Counted from the first letter of the stretch, positions 37,956-49,387 are shown. The stretch: 64,000 nt of DNA from Candidatus Falkowbacteria bacterium (GCA_037137655.1 JBAXJX010000001.1:417624-481623); one strand, 5' to 3'. The notes: a model not told the origin generated them from the sequence alone. A program made the numbers and translations.

Positions 37956-38240
37956 TTATTTTCCTTTAGCTTGTTCTTTGGCCATCTTACCGCCATGAGA
38001 AACAAACTTTTTAGTCAGTGAAAATTCACCTAAACGATGCCCAATCATATTTTCAACTACATAAACTGGAACATGAACTTTTCCGTTGTGAACACCAATA
38101 GTAAATCCAACCATTTCTGGAGTGATTGTTGATGATCGATCCCAAGTTCTAAGAACAGTCTTATCACCAGGTTGAGCATCCTTGATTCTTTTCATCAATC
38201 TCTCATTGATGTAAGGTCCTTTTTTTAAGCTTCTTGCCAT
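37956..38240 (-). CDS. rpsS: 30S ribosomal protein S19
   Basis: MARSLKKGPYINERLMKRI...TWDRSSTITPEMVGFTIGVHNGKVHVPVYV. Confidence 0.9.
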   Translation of the reverse strand: MARSLKKGPYINERLMKRIKDAQPGDKTVLRTWDRSSTITPEMVGFTIGVHNGKVHVPVYVVENMIGHRLGEFSLTKKFVSHGGKMAKEQAKGK

Positions 38241-38261
38241 ATGTTTAACAAAATTTAATTA

Positions 38262-39095
38262 TTACTTCTTAGGTCTTCTTTTTATAATCAATTTATTAGA
38301 CTGTCTCTTGGCACGAGTCTTAACACCAAAAGCGATCTTACCCCACTTAGTCTTCGGATGACGTAAACCAATTGGTTGTTTACCTTCACCACCACCGTGT
38401 GGATGGTCATTCGGATTCATAGCAGTACCACGAACAGTTGGACGAATACCTAAGCGACGGTTACGACCAGCTGAACCGATAGAAATGTGCATTTTATCTG
38501 GATTACTTACCTGACCAATAGTACACATACATTCCTTTCGAACTAAACGAATTTCGCCTGATGGCAATTTGATTTGAGCGTATTTACCTTCTACACCCAT
38601 AACAGTGGCTGAATTACCAGCACCACGAGCCATAGCTCCACCTTTTCCAGGAGTAAGTTCAATATTGTGAATAGCAACGCCGGCTGGAATAAACTGTACT
38701 GGCATAGCATTACCAACTTTTATTTCAATTAACTCTTGACCATTTAAAATTTGATCATCAACCTTTAAACCTAAAGGAGCAATGATATATCTCTTTTCAC
38801 CATCAGCATAAGAAACTAAAGCGATACGAGAACCACGATTTGGATCATATTCAATAGTTTTTACAACTGCTGGTACGCCGAATTTATCTCTCTTAAAATC
38901 GATGATTCTAACGTAACGTTTAACACCGCCGCCTTGATGACGAACAGTAATTTTACCTTGAAAGTTTCGACCGGCATGTTGTTTTCTGATGTAGATCAAA
39001 CTTTTTTCAGGAGTTGATTTTGTGATATCAGAAAAATCATCAAAAGTAGCATGACGTCGACCTGGAGTTGTTGGTTTTGCTTTAATAATTGCCAT
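38262..39095 (-). CDS. rplB: 50S ribosomal protein L2
   Basis: [16 protein letters not shown]...[19 protein letters not shown]. Confidence 0.95.
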   Translation of the reverse strand: MAIIKAKPTTPGRRHATFDDFSDITKSTPEKSLIYIRKQHAGRNFQGKITVRHQGGGVKRYVRIIDFKRDKFGVPAVVKTIEYDPNRGSRIALVSYADGEKRYIIAPLGLKVDDQILNGQELIEIKVGNAMPVQFIPAGVAIHNIELTPGKGGAMARGAGNSATVMGVEGKYAQIKLPSGEIRLVRKECMCTIGQVSNPDKMHISIGSAGRNRRLGIRPTVRGTAMNPNDHPHGGGEGKQPIGLRHPKTKWGKIAFGVKTRAKRQSNKLIIKRRPKK

Positions 39096-39109
39096 ATATA
39101 TATTTAAAA

Positions 39110-39532
39110 TTATACACCTTCGTAAATTGAAATGCTTTTACCTTTTGGTAAAGTAACGATAGCTTTGCGCCAATCCTTCTTTTTACCAGCAATTCGACCA
39201 CGGGTAACTGTCTTACCAATATTATTAATAATATTAACACTAGTTGGCTTTATTCCGTAGATTGCATTAATAGCTTTAGCCACTTCAATTTTGTTAGCGT
39301 CACGATCAACCATGAAAACGTATTTGTTCAAATGTCCTAAGTTAGCAGCCTTCTCAGTAATCAAAGGTTTAACTAAAACTTTATAGGCCATAGCACTGGT
39401 AACTTTTTTACCGTCAGCCTTTTTAGTTTCAGCAGCATACAAATCTTTTGTAGCTACTTCAGCTTTAACGGCTTTGCTAGCAGTTTTTTTTACGTCTTTT
39501 TTGTCGTCTTCTTTTTTATCAAATAAAGCCAT
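39110..39532 (-). CDS. rplW: 50S ribosomal protein L23 with N-terminal K-rich extension
   Basis: C-terminal core [14 protein letters not shown]...[31 protein letters not shown]; start chosen at MALFDKK (ATG 39532) to avoid overlap with rplD. Confidence 0.85.
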   Translation of the reverse strand: MALFDKKEDDKKDVKKTASKAVKAEVATKDLYAAETKKADGKKVTSAMAYKVLVKPLITEKAANLGHLNKYVFMVDRDANKIEVAKAINAIYGIKPTSVNIINNIGKTVTRGRIAGKKKDWRKAIVTLPKGKSISIYEGV

Positions 39533-39536
39533 ATGT

Positions 39537-40184
39537 TTATTTATATCTTTCTTCAAGTTTTTTAATAACACTTTCAGTTAACAATAAATTTTTATATTTT
39601 AGAACTTCTAAAATATTTATGTTATCTAAATTGATAATTTCAACGCCTTTCAAATTTCGACCGGAACGGATAACTGTTTCGTCTTTACCATCATTGATAA
39701 TCAAGATGTTACGACGATTAGTTTTTAAAACATTCTTTTCCAAAGCGGAAATAATAGTATTGAAAGTTCTAGTTTTAATTTCAGCGATTTCAAATTTATC
39801 CAAAATAACAACAACGTCATTAGCAATCTTATCGGAAATAGCCATAAGCAAAGCTTTTTGCTTCATTTTCTTGTTTAATTTCTTGGAGAAATTTCTTTCT
39901 TTACGTGGACCAAAAATTACACCACCACCAATCCACAAAGGAGATCGGCTTGAACCAGCACGGGCACGGCCAGTACCTTTTTGTTTCCATGGCTTTTTAC
40001 CACCACCTCTAACTTCAGCTTTAGTTTTAACATGAGCTAAAACCTCGCGTTCGTTAGCCATTTGAGTAACGATAGCTTGATGGATCAAATCAGGATTGGT
40101 TTTAACACCAAAAATCTTGCTAGATAATTCTAATTCTCCAACACCTTCCGCTTTTTGATTGTAAACTTTGATTTTAACTGACAT
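39537..40184 (-). CDS. rplD: 50S ribosomal protein L4
   Basis: GGGKKPWKQKGTGRARAGSSRSPLWIGGGVIFGPRKERNF. Confidence 0.9.
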   Translation of the reverse strand: MSVKIKVYNQKAEGVGELELSSKIFGVKTNPDLIHQAIVTQMANEREVLAHVKTKAEVRGGGKKPWKQKGTGRARAGSSRSPLWIGGGVIFGPRKERNFSKKLNKKMKQKALLMAISDKIANDVVVILDKFEIAEIKTRTFNTIISALEKNVLKTNRRNILIINDGKDETVIRSGRNLKGVEIINLDNINILEVLKYKNLLLTESVIKKLEERYK

Positions 40185-40190
40185 ATATTA

Positions 40191-41000
40191 TTATTTTACT
40201 TCTTCATTTTTAATTTCTTCATTTGTCGCTTCAACAACTTCAGTCGCCGCAACTGTTTCAGCTACTTCAGGAGTTTCAGTAGCTTCAGTAACAACTGGAG
40301 CGTCTTCAACAACTGGAGTTTCTTCACTGACTACAACTTCTTCTTTAATATCATCAGCTAATGGTGGTAAAGTGAATTTTAAGTCATTAGTACCGCGTAA
40401 AGTGATTAAAGAATTAACCGCTCCTGGCACAGCACCACGAATATAAATAACATTATTAACCACATCAATATCAGCGATTTCTAAATTTTTAGTAGTAACA
40501 TTTTCATCACCCATTTGACCACCCATGCGAGTTCCTTTAAAAACGTGAGCTGGACCCTTAGGACCAACTGAACCAGAAGCTCTTTCTTGATCTTTATTAC
40601 CATGAGTTTTTCTAAAACCATGGAAACCATGACGTTTAACTACACCAGCAAAACCTTTACCTTTAGAAATACCGCTAGCGTCAACCAATTCACCTTTAGT
40701 GAAAGTTTCAACTGTAATAATATCACCTGATTTAGCATCTGGTAAATTTTCTGCACGGAATTCTTTCAAGTATCTCAAAGCTTTAACACCAGCTTTGGCA
40801 ATATGATTTTTTTGTGGTTTTTTAATATTCTTTTCTTTTCTGTCTCCGAAACCAAGTTGTAAAGCACTGTAACCATCAGTAGCAACGTCTTTAACCTGGA
40901 CAACAAAACAAGGACCAGCTTGAACCGGAGTAACCGGCACTACTTTGTCCCCTTCCCAAATCTGGGTCATTCTCATTTTTTTTCCTAATATGAAATTCAT
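40191..41000 (-). CDS. rplC: 50S ribosomal protein L3 with acidic/repetitive C-terminal extension
   Basis: MRMTQIWEGDKVVPVTPV...KGKGFAGVVKRHGFHG core; C-terminal EETPVVEDAPVVTEATETPEVAETVAATEVVEAT tail. Confidence 0.9.
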   Translation of the reverse strand: MNFILGKKMRMTQIWEGDKVVPVTPVQAGPCFVVQVKDVATDGYSALQLGFGDRKEKNIKKPQKNHIAKAGVKALRYLKEFRAENLPDAKSGDIITVETFTKGELVDASGISKGKGFAGVVKRHGFHGFRKTHGNKDQERASGSVGPKGPAHVFKGTRMGGQMGDENVTTKNLEIADIDVVNNVIYIRGAVPGAVNSLITLRGTNDLKFTLPPLADDIKEEVVVSEETPVVEDAPVVTEATETPEVAETVAATEVVEATNEEIKNEEVK

Positions 41001-41200
41001 AATTTTAATAAAAAAAACTGGCTTACCTTAGAAAACCAGCAAACAAAAAATAAAAAAATAACAATTTACTCAAATCCGATATTTTATTCTATTTTTGTTT
41101 ACCTCCTAAAATTTACACTAATTTCGTTGAGGCACTTTCTCATTATAAAATGAGAGTTGCCAAAACGATCAAATGTAACTATTTTTTATATACAAACATT

Positions 41201-41545
41201 TTACTGCATTTTTATCTCTACGTCAACCCCTGCCGGTAAATTTAAGTTAGTTAAATCTTCAATAGTCTTTTGGCTTGGTTCAACGATATCAATCAATCTC
41301 TTATGTACACGAATTTCGTACTGATCACGGGCATTTTTATGCACGAAAGTTGATCGGTTAACAGTGTACTTAGTCTTCTCTGTTGGAAGTGGTATTGGAC
41401 CAAAAATTTGAGCATCGCTTCTTAGGGCAGTCTCAATAATAGTCTTAGTTGATTGATCAATTACTTTGTGATCAAAGGCTTTGATCTTGATACGAATTCT
41501 TTGTTTTTCGTTTTCTTCTTTTTTTGTCTTTTTACTTTCGGGCAT
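41201..41545 (-). CDS. rpsJ: 30S ribosomal protein S10
   Basis: [41 protein letters not shown]; start at internal MPESKK (ATG 41545); ORF-track N-terminal 26 aa judged non-coding leader. Confidence 0.85.
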   Translation of the reverse strand: MPESKKTKKEENEKQRIRIKIKAFDHKVIDQSTKTIIETALRSDAQIFGPIPLPTEKTKYTVNRSTFVHKNARDQYEIRVHKRLIDIVEPSQKTIEDLTNLNLPAGVDVEIKMQ

Positions 41546-41594
41546 ATTATTTTTTGTGGCGCAATCATGCGCTTTTTTTAAATAAACAAGACAA

Positions 41595-41620
41595 TCTCGG
41601 CAAAGTCTCCCTTGCCGAGA
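41595..41620 (-). promoter_or_regulatory. stable hairpin in tuf-rpsJ intergenic leader (possible attenuator/partial terminator)
   Basis: TCTCGGCAA-agtctccc-TTGCCGAGA perfect 9-bp stem followed (minus strand) by T-rich run; second hairpin GCGCAatcaTGCGC at 41559-41573. Confidence 0.4.
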
Positions 41621-41628
41621 CAACTTAT

Positions 41629-42816
41629 TTATTTGATAATTTTAACGATAACACCGGCACCAACTGTGCGTCCGCCTTCACGAATAGCGAATCTTTGTTT
41701 TTCGGACAAAGCGATTGGAGACATTAATTTAACAATTAAGTTAACTGTATCACCAGGCATAACCATTTCAGTTCCAGCTGGTAAAGTGATATCACCAGTT
41801 ACATCAGTAGTTCTAATGTAGAACTGTGGTTTGTAACCATTGAAGAAAGGTTTGTGACGTCCGCCTTCATCTTTAGATAAGATGTAAACTTCAGCTTCAA
41901 ATTCAGTATGAGGAGTGATAGTTCCAGTTTTAGCTAAAACTTGACCACGTTCAACTTCATCTTTCTTAGTACCGCGTAAAAGTAAACCAGCGTTATCACC
42001 AGCCATACCTTCTGTTAACTGTTTGTTAAACATTTCGATACCAGTGATAGTAGTTTTCTTTGTATCCATCAAACCAACGATTTCAACTTCTTCACCGATT
42101 TTGATTTGACCTTTTTCAATACGACCAGTTACAACAGTACCACGGCCTTCAATTGAAAAGATATCTTCGATCGGCATTAAGAATGTTTCATCTAAAGCAC
42201 GAACTGGTTCTGGAATGTATTCATCAACAGCTTTCAATAAATCTAATACTGGTTGAGAATCTGGACCACTTGGGTTTTCCAAAGCTTTCAAAGCTGAACC
42301 ACGGATAATTGGAGTAGTATCTCCAGGGAAATCGTATTTCTTTAATAAATCACGGATTTCTTCTTCCACTAGATCGATTAATTCCTTATCTTCAACCATA
42401 TCACATTTGTTTAAGAAAACAACGATATATGGTACACCAACTTGACGAGCTAAAAGGATGTGTTCACGAGTTTGAGGCATAGGGCCATCAGTCGCAGCTA
42501 CCACTAAGATAGCGCCATCCATTTGAGCCGCACCAGTGATCATGTTTTTAACATAATCGGCGTGACCAGGACAATCAACGTGAGCATAATGTCTATGTTC
42601 AGTTTCGTACTCTTGGTGAGAAGTCGCAATAGTAATACCACGAGCTTTTTCTTCTGGAGCGTTGTCGATATCGTCAACGTTCTTGTTAGTTGCCTTCATG
42701 CCATGAGCATTAGACACAGCTAAGATAGCTGCTGTTAAGGTAGTTTTGCCGTGATCAACGTGGCCAATTGTGCCGATGTTGACATGGGGTTTCGTTCTTT
42801 GAAATACTTCTGCCAT
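41629..42816 (-). CDS. tuf: elongation factor Tu
   Basis: [23 protein letters not shown]-domain motifs; 395 aa. Confidence 0.97.
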   Translation of the reverse strand: MAEVFQRTKPHVNIGTIGHVDHGKTTLTAAILAVSNAHGMKATNKNVDDIDNAPEEKARGITIATSHQEYETEHRHYAHVDCPGHADYVKNMITGAAQMDGAILVVAATDGPMPQTREHILLARQVGVPYIVVFLNKCDMVEDKELIDLVEEEIRDLLKKYDFPGDTTPIIRGSALKALENPSGPDSQPVLDLLKAVDEYIPEPVRALDETFLMPIEDIFSIEGRGTVVTGRIEKGQIKIGEEVEIVGLMDTKKTTITGIEMFNKQLTEGMAGDNAGLLLRGTKKDEVERGQVLAKTGTITPHTEFEAEVYILSKDEGGRHKPFFNGYKPQFYIRTTDVTGDITLPAGTEMVMPGDTVNLIVKLMSPIALSEKQRFAIREGGRTVGAGVIVKIIK

Positions 42817-42913
42817 TTTTTTAAAATTAACGACCTCCTCTTACGAGAAGTTATTTGCCACTTTAAAAAGCAACCAGTCGTTGTAATTAATTATTTTAAT
42901 TTATAACTTAAAC

Positions 42914-43249
42914 TTAATCTTCAGAATCAGCGGCCTTTCGAACATCTCCTGGAATTTTCCAGTTATTTTTCTGCTGATTCTCAATTATTTGGGCGCTAGA
43001 ATAGATGTTATCTTCCTGAAAGTTCTTTTCAGTTTTCCACATCTTTTCACCGCTATCTATTTTATCAGTTGTTGACGTGCTTGTCAAGACCTTTTTATCG
43101 GAAATTACGGGTGATGGGCTCAATATTTTTTCATATTGTTCGATATCCATCACGACATATGACTTGTCACTATCAACTGGATCAAAAACGATAATTCTGT
43201 CGCCAGTTCTCTTCACTAAACTAAGTATTTTTTGCAGTTGATTATTCAT
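42914..43249 (-). CDS. hypothetical small protein inserted between fusA and tuf (possible Phd/YefM-like fold)
   Basis: 111 aa; N-terminal QKILSLVKRTGDRIIVFDPVDSDKSYVVMDIEQYEKIL resembles antitoxin-like beta-alpha arrangement; weak. Confidence 0.4.
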   Translation of the reverse strand: MNNQLQKILSLVKRTGDRIIVFDPVDSDKSYVVMDIEQYEKILSPSPVISDKKVLTSTSTTDKIDSGEKMWKTEKNFQEDNIYSSAQIIENQQKNNWKIPGDVRKAADSED

Positions 43250-43314
43250 AATTTTAATCTTATTTTCGGACTAAAACTTTAGCAAGCAAAAAACTGTAAG
43301 TCAAGTTTGGCTTA

Positions 43315-45396
43315 TTACTTACCAGCCTTCTCCTTGATTTGCTCTAACACATTTCTTGGAACTTCACTATATTTAGAAAATTCCATACTGTAGTTAGCGC
43401 GACCTTGACTCATGGAACGTAAAGATGTGGAGTAACCAAACATTTCAGCTAGCGGCACATGAGCTTTAACGACTTTAACGTTAGCGCGATCCAACATTTC
43501 ATCAATTTGACCACGTTTTGAATTTAAGTCACCAATGATATTACCCATATATTCTTCTGGAGTAGTAACCTCCACTTTCATAACTGGTTCTAACAAAATT
43601 GGTTTAGCTTTTTGACAAGCATCTTTGAAACCAAAGATACCGGCCATTTTAAAGGCTAATTCAGAAGAATCGACATCATGGTAAGAACCGTCAAAAACAG
43701 TAACTTTAACATCCACAATTGGATAACCGGCTACTACACCGCTAGGGATAGCTTCTTTAATACCTTTTTCAATCGCTGGGATAAATTCACGTGGAATTGC
43801 ACCACCCTTAACTTCATCTTTGAATTCCCAATTACCAGTACCGTCAACAATTGGCTCAACCCGTAACCAACAATCACCATATTGACCACGACCACCAGAT
43901 TGCTTAACGTATTTACCTTGAGCTTCAGCACTTTGGGTAATTGTTTCACGATAAGAAACTTGTGGCTTACCAACATTAGCTTCCACACCGAATTCACGTT
44001 TCATACGATCAACGATAATTTCCAAATGTAATTCACCCATACCGGAAATAAGAGTTTGACTGGTCTCTTCGTCAGTTTCAACTCTAAAGGTTGGATCTTC
44101 TTCAGCTAAACGAGATAAAGCCACGCCCATTTTTTCTTGGTCAGCTTTTGTCTTTGGTTCAACTGCAATCTTAATAACTGGATCTGGGAATTTAATTGAT
44201 TCAAGTAATACTGGGTTACTTTCAGCACATAAAGTGTTTCCAGTTGTAGTATCTTTCAAACCAATAACAGCCGCGATATCACCAGCGTAAATTTCTTTAA
44301 TTTCTTCACGGTGATTAGCGTGCATACGAACTAAACGACCAACACGTTCTTTAGTTCCGGAAGAAGAGTTAATGATATATGAACCTGATTGTAAAACACC
44401 TTGATAAACACGAACGAAACATAATTTACCCACAAAAGGATCAGTCGCAATTTTAAAAGCTAAACCGATAAATGGAGCGTTGTCGTCAGGTTTAACAGTT
44501 GTAACCTTAGTTTCATCACGAACATCAGTCGCTTCAATTTTTTCTAAATCAAGTGGTGATGGTAAATAGTCACAAACTGCATCTAAAACTAATTGAACAC
44601 CGATATTTTGCAAAGCTGTACCACATAAAACTGGATAACCAGCATTATCAATAACACCTTTACGTAAAGCATCTTTTAATTCTACTAGAGAAATTTCTTC
44701 TCCGTTTAAATATTTTTCAGTTAGAGCATCATCAAATTCCACAATTCTATCAACAGCGATAGAGCGGTGTTTAGCCACCACTTCTTTCATATCTTCTGGA
44801 ATAGCAATTTCTTCAATTTTTTCTCCAAACGCACCTTCAAATTTAAAAGCTTTATTTTGCAATAAATCAACCACGCCGGATAAATCATTTTCGGCACCGA
44901 TTGGTAATTGAATCGCAAAAGCTTTAGCATTCAAACGAGTTTGAATAGAATTTAAACTCATATAAAAATCAGCTCCCATTTTATCCATCTTATTGATGAA
45001 GCATAAACGTGGAACATGATATTTATCAGCTTGACGCCACACAGTTTCAGATTGTGGTTCAACACCAGCTTGACCATCGAACACAGCCACCGCACCGTCT
45101 AACACACGTAAAGAGCGTTCTACTTCCACGGTAAAGTCTACGTGACCAGGAGTATCAATGATGTTAATTTTGTTATCTTGCCAAAAACAAGTAGTCGCCG
45201 CGGAAGTAATTGTAATACCACGTTCTTTTTCTTGTTCCATCCAATCCATTTCAGCAGCACCTTCGTGCACTTCACCGATTTTATGCTTTTTACCAGTGTA
45301 AAAAAGCACACGTTCGGTAAAAGTAGTTTTACCGGCATCGATGTGGGCCATGATACCGATGTTTCGTATTTTATCCAAAGAATAATCTCGAGCCAT
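43315..45396 (-). CDS. fusA: elongation factor G
   Basis: [21 protein letters not shown]; 693 aa five-domain EF-G. Confidence 0.97.
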   Translation of the reverse strand: MARDYSLDKIRNIGIMAHIDAGKTTFTERVLFYTGKKHKIGEVHEGAAEMDWMEQEKERGITITSAATTCFWQDNKINIIDTPGHVDFTVEVERSLRVLDGAVAVFDGQAGVEPQSETVWRQADKYHVPRLCFINKMDKMGADFYMSLNSIQTRLNAKAFAIQLPIGAENDLSGVVDLLQNKAFKFEGAFGEKIEEIAIPEDMKEVVAKHRSIAVDRIVEFDDALTEKYLNGEEISLVELKDALRKGVIDNAGYPVLCGTALQNIGVQLVLDAVCDYLPSPLDLEKIEATDVRDETKVTTVKPDDNAPFIGLAFKIATDPFVGKLCFVRVYQGVLQSGSYIINSSSGTKERVGRLVRMHANHREEIKEIYAGDIAAVIGLKDTTTGNTLCAESNPVLLESIKFPDPVIKIAVEPKTKADQEKMGVALSRLAEEDPTFRVETDEETSQTLISGMGELHLEIIVDRMKREFGVEANVGKPQVSYRETITQSAEAQGKYVKQSGGRGQYGDCWLRVEPIVDGTGNWEFKDEVKGGAIPREFIPAIEKGIKEAIPSGVVAGYPIVDVKVTVFDGSYHDVDSSELAFKMAGIFGFKDACQKAKPILLEPVMKVEVTTPEEYMGNIIGDLNSKRGQIDEMLDRANVKVVKAHVPLAEMFGYSTSLRSMSQGRANYSMEFSKYSEVPRNVLEQIKEKAGK

Positions 45397-45482
45397 ATGA
45401 ATTTTGATTATTTATTTTAATTTAAACTATTTATTTTATACGCAAAAATTTTAGCTGAAGTAGCTAAAATTTTTGAAAAGTA

Positions 45483-45950
45483 TTATCGGGAGAAATGAGC
45501 AAAAGCTTTATTAGCCTCAGCCATACGATGAACTGCTTCACGTTTTTTAATCGCGTTACCTTCACCATTGCTAGCGTCAAATATTTCAGCGGCTAATTTT
45601 TCTTCCATCGAATGTCCACGACGTTCATGAGCAGCAGTAATCATCCATTGACAACCAAGGTAGAAACGTCTTTCACCACGAACCTGAACCGGAACTTGAT
45701 AGTTAGCACCACCAACGCGACGACCACGAACTTCAATAAGTGGAGAAACTTTTTTAATCGCTTTGTTAAAAATGTGGCGTGGATCTTGTTTAGTTTTATC
45801 TTTTATAATATTAAAAGACTCATAAACGATGTGTTCAGCTGTATTTTTCTTACCGTCTTCCATTATATAATTAATGAATTTGGCAATACTTTTATCGTTA
45901 TATTTTAAGTCCCCTTCACTTTTTCTTTTGGGAGCCTGTTTTCCTCTCAT
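45483..45950 (-). CDS. rpsG: 30S ribosomal protein S7
   Basis: KFINYIMEDGKKNTAE...NAIKKVSPLIEVRGRRVGGANYQVPV. Confidence 0.9.
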   Translation of the reverse strand: MRGKQAPKRKSEGDLKYNDKSIAKFINYIMEDGKKNTAEHIVYESFNIIKDKTKQDPRHIFNKAIKKVSPLIEVRGRRVGGANYQVPVQVRGERRFYLGCQWMITAAHERRGHSMEEKLAAEIFDASNGEGNAIKKREAVHRMAEANKAFAHFSR

Positions 45951-46020
45951 AATTTTTAATTAATAGCAATATTCAGCTACAAATAAGCTATAAAACTTTA
46001 TTAATATTTTATAATTTTAA

Positions 46021-46440
46021 TTATTTCTTAGGTTTCTTATTACCATAACGACTTCTTCCTTTACGGCGAGCCTCAACACCTTGGGTATCATAAACACCAC
46101 GAATAATCTTGTAGCGAACACCCGGTAAATCTTTAGTTTTTCCACCTTTTACCAAAACAATTGAGTGTTCTTGTAAATTGTGTCCCATACCTGGAATGTA
46201 ACAAGTAACTTCCATACCATTAGACAAACGAACACGAGCGATTTTACGTAACGCGGAGTTCGGTTTCTTTGGAGTCATTGTTGTCACCTTCAAACAAACA
46301 CCTTGTTTAAATGGGGCGCCTTTGGCATCAACTTTCTTCTTGCGATGTAAACTATCGAAACGAGTATGTAAGGCTAAATTTTTAGCTCTCACTGCCTTCG
46401 GCTTTCTTGGCTTACGAACTAATTGGTTCATTGTTGGCAT
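46021..46440 (-). CDS. rpsL: 30S ribosomal protein S12
   Basis: [13 protein letters not shown]...[27 protein letters not shown]. Confidence 0.95.
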   Translation of the reverse strand: MPTMNQLVRKPRKPKAVRAKNLALHTRFDSLHRKKKVDAKGAPFKQGVCLKVTTMTPKKPNSALRKIARVRLSNGMEVTCYIPGMGHNLQEHSIVLVKGGKTKDLPGVRYKIIRGVYDTQGVEARRKGRSRYGNKKPKK

Positions 46441-46535
46441 AAAAAAATGCTAAAAAGCGAATTATAGCTATAATAATTCGGTTTATTTTTCATTATTTCA
46501 CCTGAAATTTCAGGTCATTTATTATTACTAAATCA

Positions 46536-46564
46536 AATTTAACAAAAACTCTTGATAAAGTCAA
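46536..46564 (-). promoter_or_regulatory. promoter TTGACT-N17-TAAATT for rpsL-rpsG-fusA-tuf operon, overlapping terminator hairpin of upstream gene
   Basis: rc 46559-46564 TTGACT, rc 46536-46541 TAAATT; hairpin AAAACTCTTGA-taaag-TCAAGAGTTTT 46545-46571. Confidence 0.45.
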
Positions 46565-46605
46565 GAGTTTTCTAAAAATCATTAATATTTTTTAGAGTGT
46601 GGCGT

Positions 46606-47037
46606 CTAGACAAAATACCAAACCACGAATAAGGACAAGCAAATTATCAATTCCAATCTGGAACGATAACCAACAAAGCCGTGCGTATTAAATTTTTTCC
46701 ATGGAAAAAAAGGATGAAAATCGGAATCATCAAGCGCGTCTAACAAAAAATGACTCAAATAACCAAGCATAAAAACAGCACCAGTCCGCACACTGAACAT
46801 GGCCACAATACCTGACAATATAATTAGAGCAAAAAAACTATGCAGAATACTGCGGTTAGTATCATCAGCGCTGTTAGCTGTTTTCCAAATTTCTTTAAAG
46901 TTAAAAATTATTTTATTTTTAACATATGGAATAAGATGATCAATATCGATTGCTGTTGAGCTAATAATGGCGGTCGGGTAATCACCTGTAATTTTGCCGA
47001 TAATTAACCCGGCTGCTAAATGGGTAGTTGAGTACAT
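46606..47037 (-). CDS. YdjM-like membrane-bound metal-dependent hydrolase (DUF457 family) - tentative
   Basis: 143 aa, HLAAGL...DIDH...SILHSFF His-rich motifs in TM context. Confidence 0.4.
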   Translation of the reverse strand: MYSTTHLAAGLIIGKITGDYPTAIISSTAIDIDHLIPYVKNKIIFNFKEIWKTANSADDTNRSILHSFFALIILSGIVAMFSVRTGAVFMLGYLSHFLLDALDDSDFHPFFPWKKFNTHGFVGYRSRLELIICLSLFVVWYFV

Positions 47038-47042
47038 ATTTT

Positions 47043-47645
47043 TTAAAAAAGATTAACGCCAGTAATCAGGCTAAATAAAAATGAAATTATCGGAGAAATA
47101 AAAGCGAAGCCAAATAATACAAACAATAAAACTAAAAACATGCCATATCTTTCTAGTTGATAAAACTTCTCTTGCAAATTATAAGGTAAAAAGGCGGCCA
47201 AAATCCGAGAACCATCGAGTGGTGGAATTGGGACAAGATTAAAAATAGCTAGGCATAGGTTGATTTGCACAATCAACGCTAAGAAAGGATGCAAATTGGA
47301 ATATGGTAAAAATCTAAAAAGTAATCCAAAGGCGATGGCCATAGCCAGGTTAACACCAGGGCCAGCAATTGCCACTTTTAATTCCCCGTATTTTTTGTCG
47401 CTAAAATTGTAAGGATTAATTGGAACTGGTTTTGCCCAAGCAAATAAAAAGCCGGCACCAGATAAAAGCATTAAGGCTGGCATCAAAATTGAGCCAATTG
47501 GATCGATGTGTGGAATCGGATTGAGCGTTAAGCGCCCCGCATCCTTCGCTGTATGGTCGCCCAAAGTAAAAGCCACATAACCATGCATATATTCATGAAT
47601 TATGGCGGAAAATATCAAAATTATGATTAAAAAAATTTGTTCCAT
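47043..47645 (-). CDS. peptidase M50 family (site-2 protease-like) membrane metalloprotease
   Basis: HEYMH (HExxH) in TM1 and NLVPIPPLDGSRIL (NxxPxxxLDG) motif. Confidence 0.75.
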   Translation of the reverse strand: MEQIFLIIILIFSAIIHEYMHGYVAFTLGDHTAKDAGRLTLNPIPHIDPIGSILMPALMLLSGAGFLFAWAKPVPINPYNFSDKKYGELKVAIAGPGVNLAMAIAFGLLFRFLPYSNLHPFLALIVQINLCLAIFNLVPIPPLDGSRILAAFLPYNLQEKFYQLERYGMFLVLLFVLFGFAFISPIISFLFSLITGVNLF

Positions 47646-47746
47646 AAAGATATGATAGCATGTCTTGATTTTTTTATCAAAGGGTGTTATGATAATAGAA
47701 AATAAAAATAATTCCAGCCCAGACCAATCCGGGCTTTTTAAAATCT

Positions 47747-47959
47747 ATGTCAAAAAAATGTGATTTGTGTGAGCGCGTAGCCACTCGTGGCGCAACCCGT
47801 TCCCACTCAAAGGTTAGAACTTTAAAGAGACAAGGCATCAACTTACAACCCCGCGCAATCGGTGGTATCAAAGTTAAACTTTGTACTTCTTGTTTGCGTA
47901 CAATGACTAAAGACGACAGAATGGCTGAAAAGAAAGCCGCTCAACCAGCCAAGAAATAA
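47747..47959 (+). CDS. rpmB: 50S ribosomal protein L28
   Basis: MSKKCDLCERVATRGATRSHSKVRTLKRQGINLQ...KVKLCTSCLRT; strong terminator follows. Confidence 0.8.
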   Translation: MSKKCDLCERVATRGATRSHSKVRTLKRQGINLQPRAIGGIKVKLCTSCLRTMTKDDRMAEKKAAQPAKK

Positions 47960-47978
47960 TCTTTTTATATTTCAAAAA

Positions 47979-48010
47979 ACACTCCGAGAAATTGGAGTGT
48001 TTTTTTATGT
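47979..48010 (+). terminator. intrinsic terminator after rpmB
   Basis: ACACTCC-gagaaatt-GGAGTGT followed by TTTTTTTAT. Confidence 0.65.
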
Positions 48011-48053
48011 GTCATTTATAATTTAATTTTAAAACTATAGTTTTGTATTAATA

Positions 48054-49367
48054 CTATTTTGTCACATTATATAAATTATTAACTTCAGAATCAGATAAAG
48101 ATCTGTTATAAATTTCTAATTCACCGATTTTTCCGCTAAATGTTTGTGCTGCGGTCGCACCGGGACGACGACGACCGATTTCTAAATTAAGATTATTTAA
48201 GATCGGAGATGTTATTGAATTTGAATTATCAGTTAAAACACCATCAATATAAATTTTAGCATTAGTAGAGGCACCGTTTAGCACGACAACAATGTTATGC
48301 CAAGTGCTTAAAGGGATGGTAATACCTGACGTTAAGACACTCTGATTTGAAACTATATAAGGTTTACCAATATTTGCTGTGCCAGCCAAAATAATTTCCC
48401 AACCACTACCCATTTCATAATATCCTTTATTTACTAATACCGGATAACCACCAGTATTTACAACATCAGCATATATCCAAGTACTTATAGTCATATTAGA
48501 ATAATTAAAAGCGCTAGTGTTGTTTGTGTACAAATAAGTACTACCACCAAAGCTAACGGCTGGCCGACCAGCCACACTCGACATATAGACTGGTTGATAA
48601 CCGCCAGCGTCCTGAATAGCATTATAACCATTACCACTTAAATCATTCCATCCAGTAACATAGTTTCCAGTAGTGGTCGCAACTTGACTAGCAGCATTTA
48701 AATAAAAGACTAAACCGGAAATTGTTGCCGCACCGCCAGTCGCCGCCGCGACACATGTCCCGCCAATACAATAAGTTCCGCTAGCACAATTAGCGTTACG
48801 AGAACAATAAGTCCCACCAATACAAGCATTTTGCGCAAAAGTTCCATCACAGCCCTGACAACATGGCAAAGCGGCATTTGTACAAGAACAACCACCAGCA
48901 GCTAACAAAATAGAATTACCAGAACCAATGTAAGATATTCCAATTGGTGAAGCGGCATTTACGCCAGCACGAGTTGTGCCAGTCGGGCCACCCAAGCAAA
49001 AAGATAAGGAATATGTTGCGCCATCATTAGAAGTATAAGTGTAATTATTATCTGCGGTGGCACAAGTATTATCATTAGGAGTTGGGGCAACTGGGATTTT
49101 AGCCATATAAGTGGTGGTACCATTAGTGGTAGTGGAAAAAATTGATCCAGCATTAAATTCGGCGGTAGTTGGATATCTTTGTTGATCATTAAAAAATAAT
49201 TCCAGCGCTGTTTGCACTTGTTTCACGTCAGCAATACGCCGTGCGTCACGGGCTTTGGCTCGGGCATTTTGTAAAGCGACCACGGCGATGGTGGCTAAGA
49301 TACCGATGATAGCAATGACAACTAAAAGTTCAATTAAGGTAAAACCACTTCTCTTTTTATAAATCAT
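48054..49367 (-). CDS. prepilin-type protein (pseudopilin-like) with Cys-rich linker and C-terminal LamG/concanavalin-like domain
   Basis: KKRSGFTLIELLVVIAIIGILATIAVVALQNARAKARDARR; start at internal MIYKKRSG (ATG 49367); C-terminal domain ends GELEIYNRSLSDSEVNNLYN. Confidence 0.75.
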   Translation of the reverse strand: MIYKKRSGFTLIELLVVIAIIGILATIAVVALQNARAKARDARRIADVKQVQTALELFFNDQQRYPTTAEFNAGSIFSTTTNGTTTYMAKIPVAPTPNDNTCATADNNYTYTSNDGATYSLSFCLGGPTGTTRAGVNAASPIGISYIGSGNSILLAAGGCSCTNAALPCCQGCDGTFAQNACIGGTYCSRNANCASGTYCIGGTCVAAATGGAATISGLVFYLNAASQVATTTGNYVTGWNDLSGNGYNAIQDAGGYQPVYMSSVAGRPAVSFGGSTYLYTNNTSAFNYSNMTISTWIYADVVNTGGYPVLVNKGYYEMGSGWEIILAGTANIGKPYIVSNQSVLTSGITIPLSTWHNIVVVLNGASTNAKIYIDGVLTDNSNSITSPILNNLNLEIGRRRPGATAAQTFSGKIGELEIYNRSLSDSEVNNLYNVTK

Positions 49368-49387
49368 AATATATTTAAATTTTAAAA

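Noticed and set aside
41546-41623. 26-aa N-terminal extension of S10 ([26 protein letters not shown])
   Set aside because: S10 family N-terminus begins at ...[12 protein letters not shown]; region contains two stable hairpins typical of a leader, not coding
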